Positions 57,892-64,000 of a DNA stretch of 64,000 bases are shown in pieces. The DNA is from an uncultured Chloroflexia bacterium. GTDB taxonomy: Bacteria; Chloroflexota; Limnocylindria; Limnocylindrales; CSP1-4. The translations under genes and the position numbers were made by a program. Numbering within the stretch: the first letter of the stretch is position 1; every line of letters begins with the position of its first letter. The DNA is taken from contig CAVVYR010000001.1 in the NCBI GenBank assembly GCA_963752475.1, positions 128,001 to 192,000 on the forward strand, given 5' to 3'. The notes beneath the pieces are model-generated. The model was not told where the DNA came from, made no database searches, and saw only the letters and a program-made list of their open reading frames with translations.

Positions 57892-58706
57892 CCTTGACAC
57901 GATGGGCAAGCATAGAGCCGCCGCCCGGCGACCGCGCGCTTCACGATGGTATCGCCGCAGCGCGGGCAGTCGAGCCCGGCACGACCGAAGACATAGTGGC
58001 GATACTCCCACCGCGGTAGGCCCTGACTTCGCTTGCGTTCGGCGGTTCGAGGTTCGACCGTGACCCCCCGGTTGCGATACGCCCGTCGCGTCACGGTCAG
58101 CGCGGCTCGTGCGAAGCGCAGGCGCTCGCTCGGTGCGAGGTCCACGGGTCGAAGGATGGGATCGATCTGGGCGTAGAAGAGGATCTCGCTGCGCAGGTAG
58201 TTGCCGACGCCGCTGAGGAAAGCCTGATCGAGCAGCAGACCGCCCAGCATCCGTCGCCGGAAGCGGTCGTCCTCGAGCCGGCGCCGGACCCGTGAGGGCG
58301 TGGCGTCCGGCGCGAGCAGGTCGAGCCCCAGCCGGCTGAGGTAGGGATGTGCCGCCAGCCCCTCGTCGTCAAGCACATCGATCTCCGAAGCGCTATAGAG
58401 CAGCGCTGAGGATCGCCGCGTGTGGATGGCGGCGCGGAGCTGCCGCCGGGTTTGGGGCAAGACGCCCCGCTCGCGGATGAACCAGCGGCCGTAGAGCTGA
58501 TTGTGCGAGTACATCGTGGGGCCGGCCTCGAAGCGGATGAGCAGGGCCTTGCCGCGCGGCTCGACTCGCCGGACCCGCGTGCCACGCAAGGCCGACTGCC
58601 ACGGCTTGAGCACGTCGAAGGCGAAGTAGACCTCGTCGGCGACCTCGCCCTCGATGGCGCGAGCGATCCGGTCCGCGGCGATGCGGATCTCAGGGCCTTC
58701 AGGCAT
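57888..58706 (-). CDS. nei: Endonuclease VIII (Fpg/Nei DNA glycosylase)
   Basis: MPEGPEI, RGKALL, SHNQLYGRW, LYSASEI, LLDQ.FLSGVGNYLRSEIL, CPRCG...CPSCQ. Confidence 0.94.
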   Translation of the reverse strand: MPEGPEIRIAADRIARAIEGEVADEVYFAFDVLKPWQSALRGTRVRRVEPRGKALLIRFEAGPTMYSHNQLYGRWFIRERGVLPQTRRQLRAAIHTRRSSALLYSASEIDVLDDEGLAAHPYLSRLGLDLLAPDATPSRVRRRLEDDRFRRRMLGGLLLDQAFLSGVGNYLRSEILFYAQIDPILRPVDLAPSERLRFARAALTVTRRAYRNRGVTVEPRTAERKRSQGLPRWEYRHYVFGRAGLDCPRCGDTIVKRAVAGRRLYACPSCQG

Positions 58707-58738
58707 CGGTCACTACTCGGGCGCCTCGGCTCGTGCCA

Positions 58739-59938
58739 CTACGACGGCACACGGTCCTCGCTCGCGCCACCGTCGCGGGAGCTGGCCTCCTCTCGACCGC
58801 CACCGACCGAGCCACCCATCGCCACGGCCCGCGAGATGTCCTCTGGCAAGAGGATGCCCAGCACGACCGCAGGGTCCTCGTCGCGTCCACGCACGACGGC
58901 TCGGGTAGCGCTGCCATCGAGGCGAACGAGCACGTCCTGCACCAGCTCGTCCGCGTAGGCTTCTGGCCAACTCTCCAGCGGCACGGCCAGCTCGCCGATG
59001 CGTGTGCTGCGCCGCTCGTCGCCGCGCACGGTGCGCAGCTCCTCGAGCCCCAGCACACCCGTCACGTGCCCGCCGGGACCGACGACCAGCCAGGCTGACG
59101 TGCGTCCGTCGGTTGCTGCGGCCGCGAACGTCTCGACGGTCAGGCCGGACGGGACCCGCAGCAGCTGGCGCGTCATGATGTCGCCCACGCGCGTGCCGCG
59201 GAGCGCTTCGAGAAGCTCGGTCGAGCGTCGCTCGGCGCTGGCGGCACCGCTCAGGAAGAAGCCCAGCAGCACGAACCAGATCCCGCCGATGTCGCCGGCC
59301 AGCACGCGCAGGACGCCGATGCCGAGGAGCCCGTAGCCGAGCAACTGGCCCAGCCCGGTCGCCCACCGCGTCGCCTGCGCCTTGTCCCGTCGCAGCCGCC
59401 ATAGCAGTGCGCGCATGATGCGGCCGCCGTCGAGGGGTGCTCCCGGGAGCAGGTTGAAGATCCCCAGCACGAAGTTGACCAGCGCCAGCCAGGCCGCCGC
59501 GGCAGTAGCCAGCGCGACGAAGTCGGACGGCGGAGCGAACGCCAGCCCGGCGGCGGCAGCGGCGAAGGCGATTGCGAGCGCGAGGCTGGTCAGTGGTCCG
59601 ACACCGGCGATGCGTGCCTCCGCACCTGGCGAGCGGGCGTCGCCGTCCATGCGCGCGACGCCACCCAGCAGCCAGAGGGTGATGCCCGAGACGGTCAGGC
59701 CCTCGCGCCGCGCGACGATGGCGTGGGAGAGCTCGTGGGCCAGGAGCGACCCGAAGAAGAGGACGGCGGCGAGCACGCCGACCGCCCAGTAGAGCGCAGC
59801 GTCCAGGCCCGGCACCTGCGCCGGCAAGAGCTGACCGGCGAGGCTGAAGGCGATGAGCCAGGCGATCAGTAGCACGCTCCAGTTCACGCCGACGGGAATT
59901 CCCAGGATGGTTCCGAGGCGGAAGGATCCAAACATCAT
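58739..59938 (-). CDS. Site-2 protease (M50) with CBS domains
   Basis: HELSH, FNLLPGAPLDGGR, VGDIMT CBS start. Confidence 0.92.
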   Translation of the reverse strand: MMFGSFRLGTILGIPVGVNWSVLLIAWLIAFSLAGQLLPAQVPGLDAALYWAVGVLAAVLFFGSLLAHELSHAIVARREGLTVSGITLWLLGGVARMDGDARSPGAEARIAGVGPLTSLALAIAFAAAAAGLAFAPPSDFVALATAAAAWLALVNFVLGIFNLLPGAPLDGGRIMRALLWRLRRDKAQATRWATGLGQLLGYGLLGIGVLRVLAGDIGGIWFVLLGFFLSGAASAERRSTELLEALRGTRVGDIMTRQLLRVPSGLTVETFAAAATDGRTSAWLVVGPGGHVTGVLGLEELRTVRGDERRSTRIGELAVPLESWPEAYADELVQDVLVRLDGSATRAVVRGRDEDPAVVLGILLPEDISRAVAMGGSVGGGREEASSRDGGASEDRVPS

Positions 59939-59983
59939 GTTCTCCGAAGACACGCACCTCAGGCTGAGGTGTGTTGCCTCGAG

Positions 59984-60089
59984 TGTAGAGCGCTGTAGAG
60001 TGTTTGTCACGGGTTTTGGCGGTACCATCCCTCGCATTCGTCACACAACCTACACAAACCCTGTACAATCCTGTCTACGGTCAAGTACA
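59984..60089. promoter_or_regulatory. Divergent promoter region with phased TnnACA repeats (CarH/LitR-operator-like)
   Basis: Plus strand ACA at 60043, 60054, 60065 and 60087 (11-bp phase; TACACA, TGTACA). Minus strand TCTACA x2 (59984, 59994) and GTGACA (60005). -10-like TACAAT at 60064. Confidence 0.5.
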
Positions 60090-60143
60090 AGACGGCGACC
60101 CATCGTCGACGCCAACCAGACACCGAGAAGGACGAACGCAGCC

Positions 60144-60944
60144 ATGAGCGACCCACTCCAGCATGCAGACCGGGCCGGGACCGGCATCGCCATCGTCACC
60201 GGGGCGACCGGAGCCATCGGTTCGGCGACGGCCGGACGCCTCGTGTCGGAGGGGTGGCGGGTGGCGTTGGTCGCGCGTGACCACGATCGAGTGCAGGCAC
60301 TCGCCACCAGGCTCGGCCCGCAGGCCTCGCCCTTCGTGGCGGACGCCACGTCGTCGGCCGCCGTCGACACGGCCTTCAGCGGGGTCGTCGAGCAGCTCGG
60401 CTCGCCGAGCGCGCTGGTCCACGCCGTAGGCTCGACCCTGCTGCGACCGTCCCACGCCATCACCGATGACGACTTCGCCGACGTCCTCGCCATCAACCTG
60501 AGCTCCGCCTTCTACGCCCTGCGCGCCTTCGTGCGAGCGGTGCCACGGGGAACGTCCGCGGCGGCACTGTTCTTCTCCTCTTCGGCGACGTCGATCGGCC
60601 TCGTCAACCACGATGCCATCTCGGCTGCGAAGGGTGGCATCGATGGCCTCGTCACGGCCGCCGCCGCGACCTACGCTTCTCGCGCCATCCGCATCAACGC
60701 GCTCGCGCCCGGACTCGTTCGCTCGGGCCTCACGCGTCGGCTGGTGGAGAACCCGGCCACGCTCCAGGCCTCGGAGTGGATGCACCCGCTCGGCCGCATC
60801 GGTGAGCCGGAGGACGTGGCCGCCCTGGCCTCGTTCCTGGTCGGACCTCAGGCCAGCTGGATCACAGGCCAAACCGTAGCCGTCGATGGCGGTCTCTCGG
60901 GAATCAAGCTCGCCCCGCCGATGACCGCCGGTGCGAGGAGCTAG
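60144..60944 (+). CDS. SDR family oxidoreductase
   Basis: VTGATGAIG, NHDAISAAKGG, RINALAPG, PLGRIGEPEDVA, WITGQ...VDGG. Confidence 0.9.
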   Translation: MSDPLQHADRAGTGIAIVTGATGAIGSATAGRLVSEGWRVALVARDHDRVQALATRLGPQASPFVADATSSAAVDTAFSGVVEQLGSPSALVHAVGSTLLRPSHAITDDDFADVLAINLSSAFYALRAFVRAVPRGTSAAALFFSSSATSIGLVNHDAISAAKGGIDGLVTAAAATYASRAIRINALAPGLVRSGLTRRLVENPATLQASEWMHPLGRIGEPEDVAALASFLVGPQASWITGQTVAVDGGLSGIKLAPPMTAGARS

Positions 60945-60946
60945 CC

Positions 60947-61435
60947 ATGTTCGAGCGCAGGAGTGGACACATCCCGCAGCTACCCCCGGTGGCGACCAAC
61001 GACCTCAACGGGGTCCGTCGCACGCTGCCCGACGGCCGGCTCAACGTGCTGCTCATCGCCTACCAGCAGTGGCAGCAGCTGGAAGTGGACAGCTGGGTGC
61101 CAGCGCTGCGGGGGCTCGAGCAGCGCCACGATGAGCTCAGCTACTTCGAGCTTCCGGTCGTGGGCGAGATGGATGTGTTCCGGCGACGCAGCCTCGACTA
61201 CTTCATGCGACGAGGCATCCCCGACCGCCAGGTGCGCTCCCGGACGCTGACCGTCTACACGGACACCGCCGGCTTCCGTGCGCCGCTGGGCATCGACGAC
61301 GAGGACCACATCGCGGTCGTGCTCGTCGACGGCGACGGGCTGGTGCTCTGGCGAGGCACGGGTCCGCACACGCCGGGTGCAGCGCGAGCGCTGGGCGCGG
61401 CCGTCGACGCGGCCAACGACCGGCATGTCCACTGA
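60947..61435 (+). CDS. Thioredoxin-fold hypothetical protein (ATP10-like family)
   Basis: LIAYQQWQQ..VDSW, ELPV, MRRGIP, VVLVD..G.VLWR..G. Confidence 0.65.
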   Translation: MFERRSGHIPQLPPVATNDLNGVRRTLPDGRLNVLLIAYQQWQQLEVDSWVPALRGLEQRHDELSYFELPVVGEMDVFRRRSLDYFMRRGIPDRQVRSRTLTVYTDTAGFRAPLGIDDEDHIAVVLVDGDGLVLWRGTGPHTPGAARALGAAVDAANDRHVH

Positions 61436-61460
61436 GACCGTTGCTACCCCGGAACGAGAC

Positions 61461-62117
61461 TCAGTCGGTATCCGGCCGCGAACCGTAGACCGCATCCAAC
61501 TCTTCGACGAGACGCTTCTCATCGGGACGACGGAGCCAGACGTAGAGGAGGTAGAGCGCGACACCGGCGGTCCACAGCACCGCCAGCGCCGGGACCAGAT
61601 CCAGGAGGGCCCAGGCATCGACCTGACGGCCGATCCAGTCCAGCCCGAGGACGAAGGCCGTGACCCAGAGCAGGCCGGCGCCGCCCATGTAGCCGAGGGT
61701 GGCCGCACTCATGTGCGACGTCGGGCGCCGCAGATCGAGGGCCGAGATGGCCGGGTCATCAGGGGCGTAGAAGTAGGCCGCCTCCAGCCGGTGCGCGGCG
61801 GGGATGCCGTTCCCGCTCCGCGCGGCAAGTGCGCGTTCCACCCACTCCGCGTGCCGTCGGGCGAAGACCGTGTACCAGAAGAGGTAGCTGGCCTCCAGGA
61901 AGACGAAGGGCACCAGGAAAGGGACGATGAGCACGGCACCACCGAGTGGCCCCCACAGCGAGGCCGCCACCAGCGCCAGGGTCACGACGGTGTACACGCG
62001 CATGTGCACGAAGAACAGGTTGGAGTAGCCGTAGAGCATCCCGCGCATCCGGCGCAGCTGCTGGTCCAGCTGCTCGACCGTCAACCGCTCCCGTTCTGGC
62101 TCCGTCAGGCTTCCCAT
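61461..62117 (-). CDS. Hypothetical membrane protein
   Basis: About four TM helices; coherent GC3-rich ORF. Confidence 0.7.
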   Translation of the reverse strand: MGSLTEPERERLTVEQLDQQLRRMRGMLYGYSNLFFVHMRVYTVVTLALVAASLWGPLGGAVLIVPFLVPFVFLEASYLFWYTVFARRHAEWVERALAARSGNGIPAAHRLEAAYFYAPDDPAISALDLRRPTSHMSAATLGYMGGAGLLWVTAFVLGLDWIGRQVDAWALLDLVPALAVLWTAGVALYLLYVWLRRPDEKRLVEELDAVYGSRPDTD

Positions 62118-62181
62118 GGCGGGAGGATGTCACACCGCTGAGGTGCCGTCCGGACGGATGATCATGGCGTATCGTCGAGGC

Positions 62182-62818
62182 ATGACCGACATCGTTCGTC
62201 GTCGCCCCGACGGCCCCGAGCAACCGCTCTCGCGAGCTGACCTGGACCCGGACCCCGTCCTGCAGTTGGGTCGCTGGCTCGAGGCAGCGGCCGCGGCAGG
62301 CATGCGCGAGCCGAATGCCATGACGCTGGCGACCGCCGATGCCTCCGGAGTGCCCTCGGCCCGAGTCGTGCTCCTCCGCGGGCTCGATGCCTCGGGCCTT
62401 ACGTGGTACACGAACCGCGGTTCGCTCAAGGGACGCGACCTGGCGGCCAATCCACGCGCTGCCGTGGTCTTCCACTGGGAGCTCCAGCAGCGCCAGGTCC
62501 GCGTCGCCGGTGACGTGACCGCCATCGCAGAGACCGAGGCTGCGGCCTATTTCGCCGACCGTCCCAGACGGAGCCAGCTGTCGGCCTGGGCCTCGCCGCA
62601 GGGCCAGCCCATCGCCGAACGCGGCCGAGCTCGAGGCCGCCACCGATCGCATCGCCGAGCAATATCCGGAGACGGTGCCGCTGCCTCCGTTCTGGGGTGG
62701 CTACCGGCTGACGCCTGTGATGTTCGAGTTCTGGCAAGGGCGACGCGACCGCATGCACGACCGCTTCCGCTACCTGCCTGCTCGGCAGGGATGGCGGATC
62801 GACCGCCTCGCGCCCTAG
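62182..62818 (+). CDS. pdxH: Pyridoxamine 5'-phosphate oxidase, +1 frameshift near 62623
   Basis: [38 protein letters not shown]. In the shifted frame: [24 protein letters not shown]...RLAP, stop at 62818. Confidence 0.92.
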
Positions 62819-62840
62819 CCGGGCGGGGGAGGCCGCAGCC

Positions 62841-64000
62841 CTAGATGGTGCCGTCCTCAAGGCCGGCGATCACCTCCCGGGCTCGTTCACGGACCGCCGG
62901 CAGGTCGGCGAGTCGCCGCATGCCGGCCAGCGGGCGAGACATACGATGGTTGGCCCGCAGGTCGCCTTCGTGTCGAGCGAGGAAGTCCCAATACAGCGTG
63001 GTGAAGGGGCAGGCGTCCTCGCCGGTGCGCTTGCGCGGGTCGTAGGAACAGGGCCCGCAGTAGTCGCTCATGCGGTCGATGTAGGCACCACCGGAGACGT
63101 ACGGCTTGCTGGCCATCCGGCCGCCGTCGGCCCACAGGCCCATGCCCATCACGTTCGGAACCATGACCCACTCGGCGGCATCGATGTAGCGGTCGCTCAT
63201 CCAGGCCATCACCGCCTGCGGTTCGATGCCCACGAGGTTCGACAGGTTCGACAGCACCATGAGCCGGGGGATGTGGTGGATCCAGGCTCGATCCTCGAGC
63301 CCATCGAGCACGTCACCGAGGCAGCGCATGTGGGTCGTGGCCTCCCCGGTGAAGGCCGGCGGCAACGGCCGCCGATGGTCCAGCGCGTTGGCCTGCGCCA
63401 GGTCCGGCCAGAGCCAGTAGAGCCCCCAGACGTATTCGCGCCAGCCGATCACCTGGCGGATGAAGCCTTCGGCCGAGTTGATGGGCACCTCGCCGGCACG
63501 GTAGCGAGCCTCGACCGCATCGCAGACCTCGCCCGGCAGGAGCAGCCCCAGGTTCAGGTAGGGGCTGAGCATCGAGTGGGCGAGGCTCCACGAGCGCGAG
63601 GTCATCGCATCCTCGTATCGCCCGAACCGCTCGAGCTCGTGATCGAGGAAATGCTCCAGGCGCGTCAGCGCCTGCGTGCGCGTGGTCGCCCACAGCCCGA
63701 GCGGTGGGCGGCCGACTGCGGCCGGCAGCGACGCCAACACTTCCTCATCGAGTGCATCGAGCGATGCCCGAGGAGGCTCACTGAAGACCGAGGGGTCCGA
63801 TGGCGGAGGTTCTCGGTTGTCATGGTCGAAGTTCCAGCGGCCCCCGGCGGGAGCGTCACCATCCATGAGGTAGCCGAGCCGGGTGCGCTGCCAGCGATAG
63901 AAGTCCTCGAGCCGGAGGGACGAGCGCTCACCGGCCCAGGCGGAGAAGTCGTCCGGGTGGCAGAGGAACTGGTCGGACCGGACCTGCGCCACGCCAAGCC
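62841..64000 (-). CDS. Cryptochrome/photolyase, FeS-BCP (PhrB/CryB-type), 5' end outside window
   Basis: LEDFYRWQR, GGRWNFDHDNR, HSMLSPYLNLGLL, EGFIRQVIGWREY, HHIPRLM, SKPYVSGGAYIDRMSDYC..C...ACPF. Confidence 0.93.
   Translation of the reverse strand, partial: LGVAQVRSDQFLCHPDDFSAWAGERSSLRLEDFYRWQRTRLGYLMDGDAPAGGRWNFDHDNREPPPSDPSVFSEPPRASLDALDEEVLASLPAAVGRPPLGLWATTRTQALTRLEHFLDHELERFGRYEDAMTSRSWSLAHSMLSPYLNLGLLLPGEVCDAVEARYRAGEVPINSAEGFIRQVIGWREYVWGLYWLWPDLAQANALDHRRPLPPAFTGEATTHMRCLGDVLDGLEDRAWIHHIPRLMVLSNLSNLVGIEPQAVMAWMSDRYIDAAEWVMVPNVMGMGLWADGGRMASKPYVSGGAYIDRMSDYCGPCSYDPRKRTGEDACPFTTLYWDFLARHEGDLRANHRMSRPLAGMRRLADLPAVRERAREVIAGLEDGTI

Overview
High-GC bacterial chromosomal segment, densely coding with about 70 CDS. 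I found no rRNA, tRNA, CRISPR array or transposase. Gene content (GuaB3-type IMPDH, Ycf45/SpoIIIAA-R3H ATPase, USP-fused GpgS, secreted Asp-box proteins) suggests a Terrabacteria genome, probably Chloroflexota (inference only). Housekeeping genes: guaA, guaB3, tmk, pdxS/pdxT/pdxH, cca, galE, nth, nei, aspC, anmK, a Dpp/Opp ABC transporter, a MazEF-type TA pair, amrS/amrB, and a partial FeS-type photolyase. Most notable observations: (1) a five-gene ynbABC-like lipid operon in which four of the enzymes have non-canonical catalytic motifs; (2) a glucosylglycerate locus with a Ggs-like synthase, a tandem-USP::GpgS fusion and glycerate kinase; (3) a stand-alone DNA-ligase adenylation domain lacking its catalytic residues; (4) 11-bp-phased TnnACA repeats resembling a CarH/LitR operator beside a photolyase/DNA-repair cluster; (5) at least 12 genes with a TAnnnT box 6-7 nt before the start codon, suggesting leaderless transcription; (6) tandem-repeat arrays in two convergent intergenic gaps; (7) three +1 frameshifts that look like sequencing errors. 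Products are assigned from motifs recognised by eye; no database searches were run.
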